Counted from the first letter of the stretch, positions 32,727 to 43,592 are shown. The stretch is DNA of 64,000 nt from Candidatus Nanopelagicales bacterium (GCA_030834095.1 JAURGA010000002.1:9004-73003); one strand, 5' to 3'. Program-made: numbers and translations. Notes: generated from the letters alone by a model not told the origin.

Positions 32727-35381
32727 GTGGCAAAGGTCCGCGTTTACGAATTAGCAAAAGATTTGGGTTTAGAGAGCAAAGAGCTCCTCGCTAAGTTACA
32801 AGAAGTCGGCGAGTTCGTTAGTTCTGCATCATCAACTGTTGAGGCACCTGTTGTGCGCAAGTTGATGGATAAGTTTCCAGATCTAAAAGCAGCAACTCCT
32901 GCTCCGAAGGTGGCCAAGAAAACCGCTGCGAAGAAAACTGCTGCAAAGAAGTCGGCAGAACCAACCCCAGAAGAAATCGAAGCAGCACTTGCATCGCTTC
33001 CAGAATCAACTCGCGAACAATTAACTAAGGCCAAGAGCGAAAAACCTGTTGCGCTTGTTGCGCCTGAGGCACCAGCAACGCCAGTCACACCAGCAACGCC
33101 AGTTGCATCAAATCCTTCAGTAATGCCACGTCCACCACGTGCTGGAAATAATCCTTTCGGTTCCGGTAGTAGTGCAATGCCACGTCCACCTGCGCAACGT
33201 CCACTTCGTCCAGGTGAACGTCCGCCAATGTCAGGACCGCGTCCCGGTTCTGTTCGTCCAGGTTTTGCTGCACGACCACAACAAGGTCGCCCAACAACAG
33301 GTTCACCAACTTCTGGTTCACGTCCAGGATCACCAACAACCGGTGTACCAAATTCAAATTCGCCATATCGCACACCTAATACAAATGCTGGTGGCGCACC
33401 AACAACATTTGGTGGCGCTGGTGGTAAAGGCGGCGGACGTCATCAACGTGGCGGAACTGCTGGTGCATTTGGAAAGCAGGGCGGCAAATCTCGCAAGGCG
33501 CATAAGAGCAAGAAAGCCTTGCGTGAAGAGTTCGACAATATGGCGGCACCATCACTTGGTGGCGCGGTCATTCCTCATGGTGATGGCAAGACAACTATTC
33601 GCCTACGTCGCGGTGCAACTCTTATGGACTTTGCCGAAAAAATCGGTGGCGATCCAGCAGCACTAGTTTCAGCGCTATTCCACTTAGGTGAAATGGTTAC
33701 TGCAACACAATCTGTTGATGAAGATACCTTCATGCTTCTTGGCGCCGAACTTGGATATCAAATTCAAGTAGTTAGCCCGGAAGATGAAGATCGTGAATTG
33801 CTAGAACAATTCGATATCAACCTTGATAAAGAACTAGAAGATATCGATGAATCAGATCTTGTTGTGCGCTCGCCAATCGTTACGGTTATGGGTCACGTAG
33901 ATCACGGTAAGACAAGTTTGCTAGATGCAATCCGCAAGACCGAAGTTGGTCGCGGTGAAGCAGGCGGAATTACTCAGCATATTGGTGCATATCAAATTCA
34001 TCATGATCATGATGGACAGAATCGCGCAATCACATTTATCGATACTCCAGGTCACGAAGCTTTCACAGCGATGCGTGCACGTGGTGCGAAGGTGACAGAT
34101 ATTGCCGTGCTTGTTGTTGCTGCAGATGATGGCGTTATGCCACAGACAATTGAAGCGCTAAACCATGCCCAAGCAGCAGATGTTCCAATTGTTGTTGCAG
34201 TGAACAAGGTTGATAAAGAGGGCGCAAACCCAGACAAGATTCGCCAACAATTAACTGAATACAACTTGATTGCAGAGGAATTTGGCGGAACAACTATGTT
34301 CATCAACGTATCTGCAAAGTCAGGTTCTGGTATTGATGAACTAATCGATGCAATTCTTCTTACTGCAGATGCCGCAATTGATCTGCGCGCAATTGCAGAT
34401 GATGTTGCCCGAGGTGTTGCAATCGAAGCTAATCTTGATAAGGGTCGTGGCCCAGTTGCGACAGTTCTTGTCCAACGTGGAACACTTCATGTCGGAGATT
34501 CAATTGTTGCTGGCGGCGCCTTTGGTCGCGTTCGTGCAATGCTTGATGAAAATGGCGATGCGGTAACTGAAGCTGGCCCATCACGTCCAGTTCAAGTTCT
34601 TGGCTTCACATCGGTTCCAGGTGCGGGTGACACATTCATTGTTGCTGAAGATGATCGAACCGCTCGTCAGATTGCCGAGAAGCGTCAACTTGCAATGCGA
34701 AATGCGTTGCTGGCAAAGACTCGGAAGAAAGTTTCACTCGAAGACTTTATGGAGCAATCCAAGATCAGCACACTCAACCTCATTCTTAAGGGTGACGTTT
34801 CTGGTTCGGTTGAAGCTCTGGAAGATGCATTGCTACAGCTCGATGTCGGCAGCGATGTTGATCTCCGTGTTATCCACCGCGGCGTAGGTGCAATTACTAA
34901 GGGCGATGTAACTCTTGCTTCTGCATCAACTGCTGTGATTATCGGATTCAACGTTAAGCCTGAACCACAGACTGCAATCTTCGCCGAAGTTGAAGGCGTT
35001 GAAATTCGTTTCTACACAGTTATCTACAACGCTATCGAAGAGATCGAAGCTTCACTCAAGGGCTTGCTAAAGCCAGAGTTTGAAGAAGTAGTTCTTGGAA
35101 ACGCCGAAGTTCGCGATATCTTTAAATCAAGCAAGTTTGGAAATATCTCTGGCTGCTTGGTTCAAGATGGAACCATCAAGCGAAATGCCAAGGCAAGAAC
35201 ACTTCGAAATGGTGTGCTTGTTGGCGAAGGCCTGACTGTTGATTCGTTACGTCGCTTTAAGGATGATGCAACTGAAGTTAAGGATGGTTACGAGTGCGGT
35301 ATTGGACTCGGATCCTTCAAGGATATTCAAGTTGGCGACATCATTCAGACCTACGAGTTGCGTGAGAAGAAGCGCGCATAA
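32727..35381 (+). CDS. infB: translation initiation factor IF-2
   Basis: GTG start after GGAAGG. Pro/Gly/Ala-rich N-terminal region. G-domain motifs [24 protein letters not shown]. 884 aa. Confidence 0.97.
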   Translation: MAKVRVYELAKDLGLESKELLAKLQEVGEFVSSASSTVEAPVVRKLMDKFPDLKAATPAPKVAKKTAAKKTAAKKSAEPTPEEIEAALASLPESTREQLTKAKSEKPVALVAPEAPATPVTPATPVASNPSVMPRPPRAGNNPFGSGSSAMPRPPAQRPLRPGERPPMSGPRPGSVRPGFAARPQQGRPTTGSPTSGSRPGSPTTGVPNSNSPYRTPNTNAGGAPTTFGGAGGKGGGRHQRGGTAGAFGKQGGKSRKAHKSKKALREEFDNMAAPSLGGAVIPHGDGKTTIRLRRGATLMDFAEKIGGDPAALVSALFHLGEMVTATQSVDEDTFMLLGAELGYQIQVVSPEDEDRELLEQFDINLDKELEDIDESDLVVRSPIVTVMGHVDHGKTSLLDAIRKTEVGRGEAGGITQHIGAYQIHHDHDGQNRAITFIDTPGHEAFTAMRARGAKVTDIAVLVVAADDGVMPQTIEALNHAQAADVPIVVAVNKVDKEGANPDKIRQQLTEYNLIAEEFGGTTMFINVSAKSGSGIDELIDAILLTADAAIDLRAIADDVARGVAIEANLDKGRGPVATVLVQRGTLHVGDSIVAGGAFGRVRAMLDENGDAVTEAGPSRPVQVLGFTSVPGAGDTFIVAEDDRTARQIAEKRQLAMRNALLAKTRKKVSLEDFMEQSKISTLNLILKGDVSGSVEALEDALLQLDVGSDVDLRVIHRGVGAITKGDVTLASASTAVIIGFNVKPEPQTAIFAEVEGVEIRFYTVIYNAIEEIEASLKGLLKPEFEEVVLGNAEVRDIFKSSKFGNISGCLVQDGTIKRNAKARTLRNGVLVGEGLTVDSLRRFKDDATEVKDGYECGIGLGSFKDIQVGDIIQTYELREKKRA

Positions 35382-35384
35382 CAA

Positions 35385-35804
35385 ATGGCCTCGAATCGTG
35401 CATTAAAGGTCGCTGACCGAATTAAAGAGATTGTTGCCGATGCTCTTGAGTCGCGGGTAAAGGATCCGCGACTTGGCTTCATTACTCTTACCGATGTTCG
35501 CGTGACCGGCGACTTGCAGCAGGCATCTATTTTCTACACTGTGCTTGGTGATGAAGCTGCTCGAAGTGCAACTGCAATTGCTTTGAATTCGGCGCGTGGA
35601 ATGTTGCGCACTGAAGTGGGACGAACTCTTGGACTTCGAATTACGCCTTCACTTGAATTCTTTCAAGATGGATTGCAAGAGAGTGCCAGTGCGATGAATG
35701 ATTTGCTCTTTGAAGTTGCAAGAAAAGATGCCGAATTAGCAAAGGCTCGCGAAGGGGCAAAACCTGCTGGCGATCCCGATCCTTATAAGCACACCGAAGC
35801 CTAA
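35385..35804 (+). CDS. rbfA: ribosome-binding factor A
   Basis: RALKVADRIKEIVADAL...KDPRLGFITLTDVRVTGDLQQASIFYT is typical RbfA. Follows infB. Confidence 0.93.
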   Translation: MASNRALKVADRIKEIVADALESRVKDPRLGFITLTDVRVTGDLQQASIFYTVLGDEAARSATAIALNSARGMLRTEVGRTLGLRITPSLEFFQDGLQESASAMNDLLFEVARKDAELAKAREGAKPAGDPDPYKHTEA

Positions 35805-35808
35805 TTAA

Positions 35809-36675
35809 ATGCATGGCTTTGCTCTTATAAATAAGGCGCCAGGTTTAACTAGCCACGATGTAGTCGCCCAAGCCCGCAAGCAATTCGGAACAAAAAAAGT
35901 TGGCCATGCCGGAACTCTTGATCCAATGGCTACGGGTGTTTTAGTTCTTGGTATTGGTTCAGCGACCAGACTTCTTCAATATGTTGTTGATGGTACAAAG
36001 AGATATGAGGCAACAATCAGATTAGGGCAGAGCACACATACAGATGACCGCGAAGGCGAAGTTTTAGCAACAACTGATGCTTCAAATCTAAGTGAAACCC
36101 AAATAAAAAGCGCAATGGCAAACTTTGTTGGAAAAATTCAGCAGAAGCCTAGTTCGGTATCGGCGATAAAGATTGATGGAAAGCGTGCACATCAGAGAGT
36201 AAGAGATGGGGAAGCAGTTGAACTTCCAGCCCGAGATATAGAAATTATGAATATTGAAGTCCGATCAATTAATAAGGTCGAAGCGTTTATGGATGTGGAA
36301 GTAACTGTTTCATGTAGCGCTGGAACTTATATTCGGGCAATCGCCCGTGATCTCGGCGAATCCTTGCAAGTCGGTGGCCATTTAACTTCGCTAAATCGCA
36401 CGGTAGTTTCACCATTCGATATTTCAGAGTGTACTGAGTTGAAAGATGCCAAACCGATTTCTGTAGCATCTGCAATTTCGCGAATATTGCCAGTTCGTAC
36501 TATCGACCTACCCGAGGCAAATGAAATTTCATTTGGCCGAGCAATTTCTGCTAGCAATCAAATCGGAGCAGTCGCTGCTTTGGATCAAGCGGGCGAATTC
36601 GTTGCCCTGTTATTGGATAAAGAACAATCAGGTAAAACTGTTGCGACGCCGACCCTAGTTACTGTGAAAGAATAG
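35809..36675 (+). CDS. truB: tRNA pseudouridine-55 synthase
   Basis: GHAGTLDPMATGVLVLG catalytic-Asp motif and a PUA-like C-terminus. Confidence 0.94.
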   Translation: MHGFALINKAPGLTSHDVVAQARKQFGTKKVGHAGTLDPMATGVLVLGIGSATRLLQYVVDGTKRYEATIRLGQSTHTDDREGEVLATTDASNLSETQIKSAMANFVGKIQQKPSSVSAIKIDGKRAHQRVRDGEAVELPARDIEIMNIEVRSINKVEAFMDVEVTVSCSAGTYIRAIARDLGESLQVGGHLTSLNRTVVSPFDISECTELKDAKPISVASAISRILPVRTIDLPEANEISFGRAISASNQIGAVAALDQAGEFVALLLDKEQSGKTVATPTLVTVKE

Positions 36676-36679
36676 CAAC

Positions 36680-37579
36680 ATGAGCAACCAAGACAATTGC
36701 GTAGCAATCGGCATCTTTGATGGCGTGCACGCTGGTCATCAAGAGCTGCTAAAGAGTGCAACGAAATATGGGAAAGTAATTGTTCTAACTTTCTATCCAC
36801 ACCCGACTGTTATTTTTGCGCCAGAGCGCACGCCAATGCAATTGCTTCCACTCGATGATCGAATCGCTGCGTTAAAAGCACATGGTGCGGATGAAGTGGT
36901 CGTGATTGAATTTACTAAAGAGTTTGCAGCAAAGACGGCAGATGAATTTATTGATGAGATTCTTTTGAAGCGACTGAGCGCAACTCATGTGATTGTTGGC
37001 GAGAATTTTACTTTTGGTCGTGGTGCTCAGGGCACCGCGCAGTATCTGCAAACAGTCGCAAAAGGCTTTGAAACTTCAATAGTTCAGCTCTCGGAAAATA
37101 GAGGAAACCCAATTTCTTCTACCCGTATTCGTGGTTTGATATTCGATGGCGAAGTTGTTCGAGCAAAAGAATTATTGACCAGAAATCATTATTTAGTTGG
37201 CCCGGTTGTCCATGGCGAAAAGCGTGGCCGAACAATTGGTTACCCAACAGCGAATATTGGACTTGATGATCTTGCATGTATTCCCGCAGATGGAGTTTAT
37301 GCTGGATGGTTAACAGTTGAAAACATTCGATGGGCTGCAGCAATTTCGATAGGAACAAATCCAACTTTCCCTGGAGTGCGCGGTCGCCAAGTCGAGGCAT
37401 ACGCACTTGATCAAGTTGGCTTAGAGTTATACGACAAAATTGCGAAAGTTGAATTCACTGAAAGATTGCGCGATACCCTGAAATTTGATTCGCTCGATTC
37501 CTTGCTAGTCCAAATGAAAGCGGATTGCGACCGGGCGGCAGAATTAACTGGATTTACCCGCATAAATCTCGATCAATAG
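36680..37579 (+). CDS. ribF: bifunctional riboflavin kinase / FMN adenylyltransferase
   Basis: N-terminal FAD synthetase (IGIFDGVHAGHQ) and C-terminal riboflavin kinase (GRTIGYPTAN, E..L.D). 299 aa. Confidence 0.94.
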   Translation: MSNQDNCVAIGIFDGVHAGHQELLKSATKYGKVIVLTFYPHPTVIFAPERTPMQLLPLDDRIAALKAHGADEVVVIEFTKEFAAKTADEFIDEILLKRLSATHVIVGENFTFGRGAQGTAQYLQTVAKGFETSIVQLSENRGNPISSTRIRGLIFDGEVVRAKELLTRNHYLVGPVVHGEKRGRTIGYPTANIGLDDLACIPADGVYAGWLTVENIRWAAAISIGTNPTFPGVRGRQVEAYALDQVGLELYDKIAKVEFTERLRDTLKFDSLDSLLVQMKADCDRAAELTGFTRINLDQ

Positions 37580-37653
37580 CACTCGATTATCGCTCGATTT
37601 CTCCATAGTAAATGGCGCTGGTAGCCTTGCCCTACAACAAGCGAGCAATCGAG

Positions 37654-37693
37654 CCTTCGTGAATAACACCGAGGCCCTCGTGAAAGTAAAGGG
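37654..37693 (+). promoter_or_regulatory. candidate structured rpsO leader with two hairpins, the second occluding the SD
   Basis: Hairpin 1: CCTTCGTG (37654-61), loop AATAA, CACCGAGG (37667-74), 7 of 8 bp. Hairpin 2: CCCT (37675-78) pairs with the AGGG of the SD (37690-93). CGTGAA occurs in both. Confidence 0.3.
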
Positions 37694-37701
37694 AGCACTA
37701 A

Positions 37702-37971
37702 ATGGCGTTACAACCATCAGTTAAAAAAGAAATCATTACAAAATACGGCGCTTCCGCTACTGACACAGGAAGCCCTGAAGCGCAGGTCGCATTGCTATCA
37801 AAGCGAATTGAAGAACTCACCGAGCACCTAAAGGTAAATAAGAACGATCACCACAACCGTCGTGGTCTGATTCTTATGGTCGGTAAGCGTCGTCGTATCT
37901 TGCAATATCTCGCAAAGACCGATGTAACACGTTACAGAGCGATTATCGAAAAACTCGGTATTCGTCGCTAA
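37702..37971 (+). CDS. rpsO: 30S ribosomal protein S15
   Basis: 89 aa with [32 protein letters not shown]; AGGGAG SD. Confidence 0.97.
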   Translation: MALQPSVKKEIITKYGASATDTGSPEAQVALLSKRIEELTEHLKVNKNDHHNRRGLILMVGKRRRILQYLAKTDVTRYRAIIEKLGIRR

Positions 37972-37987
37972 ATTAGCAAAACTCACT

Positions 37988-38076
37988 CATCAGTGAATCG
38001 GTCCTCGGTTGTGGCTTCCGGGCCTAAATTATTTAATTTAATCCCGTGGGCTTCCATCGAAGATCCGTTACTGATG
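37988..38076 (+). promoter_or_regulatory. candidate structured pnp 5' leader (possible Actino-pnp-type element)
   Basis: Long-range helix CATCAGT (37988-94) / ACTGATG (38070-76), extendable by G:U and A:U pairs. It encloses two hairpins that each contain GTGG(G)CTTCC (38011-19 and 38046-55). Confidence 0.3.
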
Positions 38077-38103
38077 CGTGTTCATTAGAAATGGAGTCGA
38101 CCT

Positions 38104-40314
38104 ATGGAAGGTCAAGATGTTAAGACCGCCGTTGCAGTAATTGATAACGGCAAATATGGAAAGCGCGAGATCCGGTTTGAAACCGGCCGCCTAGCACGTC
38201 AAGCGTCAGGAACTGCACTTGTTTATTTAGATGGTGATTCAATGTTGCTCTCTGCAACAACTGCTGGAAAGCAGCCAAAGGATCAATTCGATTTCTTCCC
38301 ACTAACCGTGGATGTTGAAGAACGTATGTATGCCGCAGGAAAGATTCCAGGATCTTTCTTCCGTCGCGAAGGTCGTCCGTCAGAAGATGCAATTCTTACC
38401 TGTCGTTTAATTGACCGTCCACTTCGTCCATCATTCGTAAAGGGACTTCGCAATGAAGTTCAAGTTGTCGTAACTGTTATGGCACTTAACCCTGATCATA
38501 TGTATGACGTCCTTGCAATTAACGCAGCATCAATGTCAACACAACTTGCTGGTCTGCCATTCTCTGGTCCAATCGGCGGCGTTCGCGTTGCTCTGATTGA
38601 AGGCCAATGGGTTGCATTCCCAAATCACTCTGATTTGGAGAAAGCTGTATTCGACATGGTCGTTGCTGGTTCAATTATTGATGGCGATGTTGCAATCATT
38701 ATGGTTGAAGCCGAAGCTACAACTCAGACAATTAATCTCATCAAAGCTGGTGCTAAGGCACCAACCGAAGAGATCGTTGGTGAAGGTTTAGAAGCTGCAA
38801 AGCCATTTATTCGTATTCTCTGCCAAGCACAGATGGATCTTGCCAAAGTTGCTGCAAAGCCAACTGGTGAATTTCCAGTCTTCTTGGATTACCAAGATGA
38901 TGCATACGCTGCAGTTGAAGCAGCGGCTAAAGATGATTTAGCTAAGGCGCTAACAATTGCTGGAAAGCAAGAGCGCGAAACCAAGCTTGATGAAGTAAAT
39001 GCTTCAGTAAAAGAGAAGCTAGCTGCAACTTTCGAAGGCCGCGAGAAAGAAGTTTCTGCCGCCCTACGTTCAGTTACTAAGAAGCTAGTTCGCCAACGTG
39101 TTCTTCGCGAGAAGATTCGTATCGATGGTCGTGGAATTCGCGATATTCGTGCAATTACAGCCGAGGTAGAAGTTATGCCTCGCGTTCACGGTTCAGCAAT
39201 CTTCGAACGTGGCGAGACTCAAATCCTTGGTGTTACAACTTTGAACATGTTAAAGATGGAACAACAACTAGATACTCTGAGCCCAGAGAATCACAAGCGT
39301 TACATGCACAACTACAACTTCCCACCATATTCAGTGGGCGAGACTGGTCGTGTTGGTTCACCAAAGCGTCGCGAAATCGGCCACGGTGCACTTGCAGAGC
39401 GCGCATTAGTTCCAGTTCTTCCAACACGTGAAGAATTCCCATATGCAATTCGCCAAGTTTCAGAAGCTCTTGGATCAAATGGTTCAACTTCAATGGGTTC
39501 AGTATGTGCATCTACTATGTCGCTGCTAAATGCTGGTGTTCCATTAAAGGCCGCCGTTGCAGGTATTGCAATGGGTCTGATTTCAGATGTCGTTGATGGC
39601 AAGACTGAATATGTTGCAATCACAGATATTCTCGGAGCTGAAGATGCTTTCGGAGATATGGACTTCAAAGTTGCAGGAACAAAAGACTTTGTTACTGCGC
39701 TACAACTAGATACCAAGCTTGATGGAATTCCAGCATCAGTATTGGCATCAGCATTGCTTCAAGCAAAGGAAGCACGTCTAACAATTCTTGACATCATGAA
39801 CCAAGCAATCGATGCACCAGATGAGATGAGCCTTCTTGCTCCTCGTATCATTTCGGTCAAGGTTCCTGTTGATCTAATCGGTGCAATCATCGGACCTAAG
39901 GGCAAGATGATTAACCAGATTCAAGATGAGACCGGCGCAGATATCACCATCGAAGATGATGGAACTGTCTACATCGGCGCACTTGAAGGATCACAAGCTG
40001 AAGCCGCAAAGGCAATGATTGATGCAATCGCAAACCCAGTTGTCCCAAAGGTGGGAGAGCGCTTCAACGGAAGTATCGTGAAGCTTGCAACATTCGGCGC
40101 ATTCATTTCACTTGTTCCAGGTAAAGATGGCTTGCTACACATCTCGCAGATTCGTAAATTGCATGGTGGAAAGCGCATCGAAAACCTTGAAGAAGTTATG
40201 AAGGTTGGCGATAAGATCGAAGTTGAAATTGCAGAGATTGATCCAAAGGGTAAGTTCTCTCTGGTTCCAGTTCTTGCAGACGGCACAGTTCCTGGTAAGG
40301 AAGCCGGCGAATAA
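38104..40314 (+). CDS. pnp: polyribonucleotide nucleotidyltransferase (PNPase)
   Basis: Two RNase PH domains, a KH domain ([17 protein letters not shown]) and an S1 domain. 736 aa. GGAG SD. Confidence 0.97.
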   Translation: MEGQDVKTAVAVIDNGKYGKREIRFETGRLARQASGTALVYLDGDSMLLSATTAGKQPKDQFDFFPLTVDVEERMYAAGKIPGSFFRREGRPSEDAILTCRLIDRPLRPSFVKGLRNEVQVVVTVMALNPDHMYDVLAINAASMSTQLAGLPFSGPIGGVRVALIEGQWVAFPNHSDLEKAVFDMVVAGSIIDGDVAIIMVEAEATTQTINLIKAGAKAPTEEIVGEGLEAAKPFIRILCQAQMDLAKVAAKPTGEFPVFLDYQDDAYAAVEAAAKDDLAKALTIAGKQERETKLDEVNASVKEKLAATFEGREKEVSAALRSVTKKLVRQRVLREKIRIDGRGIRDIRAITAEVEVMPRVHGSAIFERGETQILGVTTLNMLKMEQQLDTLSPENHKRYMHNYNFPPYSVGETGRVGSPKRREIGHGALAERALVPVLPTREEFPYAIRQVSEALGSNGSTSMGSVCASTMSLLNAGVPLKAAVAGIAMGLISDVVDGKTEYVAITDILGAEDAFGDMDFKVAGTKDFVTALQLDTKLDGIPASVLASALLQAKEARLTILDIMNQAIDAPDEMSLLAPRIISVKVPVDLIGAIIGPKGKMINQIQDETGADITIEDDGTVYIGALEGSQAEAAKAMIDAIANPVVPKVGERFNGSIVKLATFGAFISLVPGKDGLLHISQIRKLHGGKRIENLEEVMKVGDKIEVEIAEIDPKGKFSLVPVLADGTVPGKEAGE

Positions 40315-41586
40315 TTGAGTAAAACAATCTTGCCCAGCGGGCTACGAATTGTTACTGAAGAAGTCAGTACTTCTCGTTCCGCTGCGGTAGGAATTTGGGC
40401 AAATGTTGGCTCTCGCGATGAATCAAAATCCGTCGCGGGAGCTTCTCACTTTCTAGAACATTTGCTCTTTAAAGGGACGAAGACCCGAACTGCACTTGAG
40501 ATTTCATCTTCAATCGAAGCTGTCGGCGGCGAGATGAATGCATTCACCGGTCAGGAATATACCTGTTTTTACGCCCGCGTAATTGATACCGATTTGCCGC
40601 TAGCAGTAGATGTAGTTTCAGATCTAATCACTTCTTCGACATTTACTAGCGAAGATGTCGATTCGGAACGTAAAGTTGTTTTAAGCGAAATTGCAGTTCG
40701 TGACGATGATCCCTCTGATTACATTCACGAGCTTTATCTAGATACCTATTACGGAGATTCACCAGTAGGGCGATCAATACTTGGCACGGTTGATTCGATT
40801 AATAAAATGCCACGTAATTCAATTTTTAATTATTACAAGAAGCATTATCAGCCAGAGAATCTAGTTGTTTCAGTAGCTGGAAATGTAAAGCACAAGAAAG
40901 TTGTTAAGTTGGTTGAAGAAGCTCTTTCCAAAGATGGCTTCCTTGATGTGCCAAATAATAATCACGAAGTTAGAGAATCCACACCAATAAAAACTCCAGG
41001 TTTAGGCAAGGTTGGGCTAATCGATCGCAAGACCGAACAAGCACACATTCTTTATGGCTTTCCAGGGCTAGCTAGAAATGATGATCGTCGTTTTGCACTG
41101 AGTGTTTTATCTTCAGCAATCGGTGGCGGAATGGCTTCACGCCTATTCCAAGAGATTCGCGAAAAGCGCGGACTCGCATATACAACTTATGCCTACCCAC
41201 AACAATTTGCCGGCACCGGAACTCTTGCTTTTTACGCAGGTTGCAGAACCGAGAAGGCAGAAGAAGTAATTAAGTTGATGCGCGAAATAAGTGAATCAGT
41301 TGCGCAACATGGATTAACTGCAGAAGAAATCTCTCGGGCCAAGGGCGCTGTTACAGGTGGTCTAATTTTGGGGCAGGAAGATACTGGTTCAAGAATGAGT
41401 CGAATCGGCAAGAGCGAACTCGTTTACGGCGAGATTATGAGCTTTGATGACATCTTGGCCAAGGTTCGAAGTGTGACGCCAGAACAAGTCCATCAATTAG
41501 CACGCGACTTATTCAGCGCTCCCGCTACCCTTGCGCTAGTGGGTCCATTTAGAAGCAAAGCTAAATTTGAGAAGGTGATTTCATGA
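40315..41586 (+). CDS. M16 family (pitrilysin-like) zinc peptidase
   Basis: Inverted zinc motif HFLEHLLFKGT. 423 aa. Holds the conserved pnp-pepR-dapB position of Actinobacteria. TTG start abutting the pnp stop. Confidence 0.88.
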   Translation: MSKTILPSGLRIVTEEVSTSRSAAVGIWANVGSRDESKSVAGASHFLEHLLFKGTKTRTALEISSSIEAVGGEMNAFTGQEYTCFYARVIDTDLPLAVDVVSDLITSSTFTSEDVDSERKVVLSEIAVRDDDPSDYIHELYLDTYYGDSPVGRSILGTVDSINKMPRNSIFNYYKKHYQPENLVVSVAGNVKHKKVVKLVEEALSKDGFLDVPNNNHEVRESTPIKTPGLGKVGLIDRKTEQAHILYGFPGLARNDDRRFALSVLSSAIGGGMASRLFQEIREKRGLAYTTYAYPQQFAGTGTLAFYAGCRTEKAEEVIKLMREISESVAQHGLTAEEISRAKGAVTGGLILGQEDTGSRMSRIGKSELVYGEIMSFDDILAKVRSVTPEQVHQLARDLFSAPATLALVGPFRSKAKFEKVIS

Positions 41587-42332
41587 GTATCAAAGTCGCA
41601 GTTCTCGGCGCTAAAGGTCGCATGGGAGTCGAGAGCGTAAAGGCCATTTCGCGAACTTCAGATTTAGAGATAGTTGCCCAATTAGATTTAGGTGACTCGT
41701 TAGACCTATTAGTTTCTAGTGGCGCTCAAGTAGTTGTTGATTTTACGCATCCAGATTCTGTAATGGGAAATCTCGAGTTTGCTATCAATAATGGAATGAG
41801 CGTGGTGGTAGGAACCACAGGTATTGATAGCACGAAGTTAGAGAAAATTAAAACATGGCTTGCAGCTAACCCAAAGGTAGGTGCATTAGTTGCTCCTAAT
41901 TTTGGGCTTGGTGCTGTATTGATGATGCAATTCGCAGCGCAAGCATCTAAGTATTTTGAGACAGTTGAAATTGTTGAATTACACCATACAGCGAAGGCAG
42001 ATGCGCCATCTGGAACCGCAGCCAGAACTGCAGAATTGATTAATGATGCCCGCAAGAGTGTAAAGAGAGCTCCAATGCCAGATGCAACAACATCAGAACT
42101 TGATGGTGCGCGTGGCGCAAAAATTGGCGACGTTCATATTCATTCGGTTCGGTTGCGCGGGTTAGTAGCCCATCAAGAAGTGATCTTGGGGGATACTGGC
42201 GAAACTCTTTCAATCCGACATGATTCAATAGATCGCACCGGATTTATGCCTGGTGTTCTTCTGGCAATTAGAGAAGTGGGCAAAAACCCTGGGCTAACTT
42301 TTGGCTTAGAGCACTATATGGATTTGAATTAA
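41583..42332 (+). CDS. dapB: 4-hydroxy-tetrahydrodipicolinate reductase
   Basis: VAVLGAKGRMG NAD(P) motif and ELHHTAKADAPSGTA. ATGA overlap with the peptidase gene. Confidence 0.95.
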   Translation: MSIKVAVLGAKGRMGVESVKAISRTSDLEIVAQLDLGDSLDLLVSSGAQVVVDFTHPDSVMGNLEFAINNGMSVVVGTTGIDSTKLEKIKTWLAANPKVGALVAPNFGLGAVLMMQFAAQASKYFETVEIVELHHTAKADAPSGTAARTAELINDARKSVKRAPMPDATTSELDGARGAKIGDVHIHSVRLRGLVAHQEVILGDTGETLSIRHDSIDRTGFMPGVLLAIREVGKNPGLTFGLEHYMDLN

Positions 42333-42341
42333 GGAGAAGTT

Positions 42342-42593
42342 ATGTCAAGCATTTTAATGTATGGCGCAGATTGGTGCGGGGATTGCCGCAGATCTAATCG
42401 CTTCTTAGATACAAATAATGTGGAATATACCTATGTGGATGTTGAAGCTGACAAGAGCGCGGCAGATAAAGTTGTCGAGATCAATGGCGGTATGCAATCA
42501 ATTCCAGTAATTGTTTTTAGCGATGGAACACACCTCACTGAACCTTCAGATAACGATTTAAAAGCAAAGCTCGAATCACTAAAGATTCTTTAA
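42342..42593 (+). CDS. glutaredoxin-like / mycoredoxin-like small thiol-disulfide protein
   Basis: 83 aa with a thioredoxin-fold layout: N-terminal CGDC active site (YGADWCGDCRR) and a cis-Pro region (SIPVIVF). Confidence 0.75.
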   Translation: MSSILMYGADWCGDCRRSNRFLDTNNVEYTYVDVEADKSAADKVVEINGGMQSIPVIVFSDGTHLTEPSDNDLKAKLESLKIL

Positions 42594-42898
42594 ATATAGC
42601 GGTAGGCAAGTGCTGAAGTAATTGCAGCGCCTACAACCACAACCGGAAACGGTGCCTTAGCAATCAATAGAGTTACTGCCGCAGCTATTCCCAGAGCACG
42701 GTGGTCAAGCACCAATTGAGTCTTATCTGCAAATGTGTTTACGGAAATTAAGGCGGTTAAGAGCGCAACCGGAATTAAGGTGTTGATCCGTAGGATTCGC
42801 GGATTGCTTAAGAAAGTTTCTGGCACTGATGCCCCGATGAATTTAACTGCAAATGCTAGAGCGCTCGATCCAATAACCGCTATCCAGAAGGTGCTCAT
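42590..42898 (-). CDS. azlD: branched-chain amino-acid exporter small subunit (AzlD family)
   Basis: 102 aa from the ATG at 42898 (MSTFWIAVIGSSALAFAVKF...), with 3-4 TM helices. ATGA overlap with upstream azlC. The ORF-track start at 43012 lies inside azlC. Confidence 0.8.
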   Translation of the reverse strand: MSTFWIAVIGSSALAFAVKFIGASVPETFLSNPRILRINTLIPVALLTALISVNTFADKTQLVLDHRALGIAAAVTLLIAKAPFPVVVVGAAITSALAYRYI

Positions 42899-43536
42899 TT
42901 TCGCCAACCAATGATTATGGCGAGTAGGGTGCAAGAAATAATTGGTATTCCAGCGGGAACAAATGGAGTCAGTGAAAGTGCAAGTAAAATTGCAAAGCCG
43001 GCTAATACCCAAGACTTTCGGTCAGAAAGTCTGGGCCAGAGAAGTCCAAGAAATGCAGCAGGAACGGCGGCATCTAAGCCCCAGGCAGATGGATCGCCAA
43101 TTGCTTGCGCACCAAGTGCGCCGGCAAGTGTAAAAAGATTCCAGAAGATAAATACGCCAAAACCGGTATACCAAAATCCTCTGCGCATTTCGGCTTCATC
43201 TTTTTGCGCGAGGGCAACACCAATTGATTCATCAATAGTTATCTGAGCTGCAACAACTCTTCTCCAACCACGTAATTTCAGAATAGGCGCAAGGCGCAAT
43301 CCATATAGACCATTACGAGTTCCAAGAAGTGTTGATGTTGCAATTGCATTAATTGCGGTGCCACCTGCTGCAATTACTCCAACAACTGCAAATTGTGATG
43401 CCCCAGAAAACAAAAGTAGTGAGAGTAAGCAAGCTTGGAGAACTGAGAAATCAGCAGCCACAGCCGCGGCACCGAATGCGCTGCCATATGCACCGACGGT
43501 TATTGAGACGCTGAAAGAATCACGCTTCACTGACAC
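42895..43536 (-). CDS. azlC: branched-chain amino-acid exporter large subunit (AzlC family)
   Basis: 213-aa polytopic protein with GTG start. AzlC-like N-terminus (GAYGSAFGAAAV...SGASQF) and paired with azlD. Confidence 0.82.
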   Translation of the reverse strand: MSVKRDSFSVSITVGAYGSAFGAAAVAADFSVLQACLLSLLLFSGASQFAVVGVIAAGGTAINAIATSTLLGTRNGLYGLRLAPILKLRGWRRVVAAQITIDESIGVALAQKDEAEMRRGFWYTGFGVFIFWNLFTLAGALGAQAIGDPSAWGLDAAVPAAFLGLLWPRLSDRKSWVLAGFAILLALSLTPFVPAGIPIISCTLLAIIIGWRK

Positions 43537-43592
43537 GCCGAAAGTATGCCCTAATACGAGGCGATAGGCGATGCTTTATATAGGGTCGGGCT

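Noticed and set aside
32744-33666. Long alternative-frame ORFs inside the 5' third of infB (209 aa on the minus strand, 175 aa on the plus strand).
   Set aside because: They arise from the repetitive Pro/Gly/Ala-rich linker of IF2 ([12 protein letters not shown] and [11 protein letters not shown] repeats). Their translations are low-complexity G/R/P or Q/V/H strings.
42911-43246. 111-aa plus-strand ORF antisense to azlC.
   Set aside because: The minus-strand frame encodes a coherent polytopic AzlC-like protein coupled to azlD. The plus-strand ORF is a hydrophilic shadow frame.
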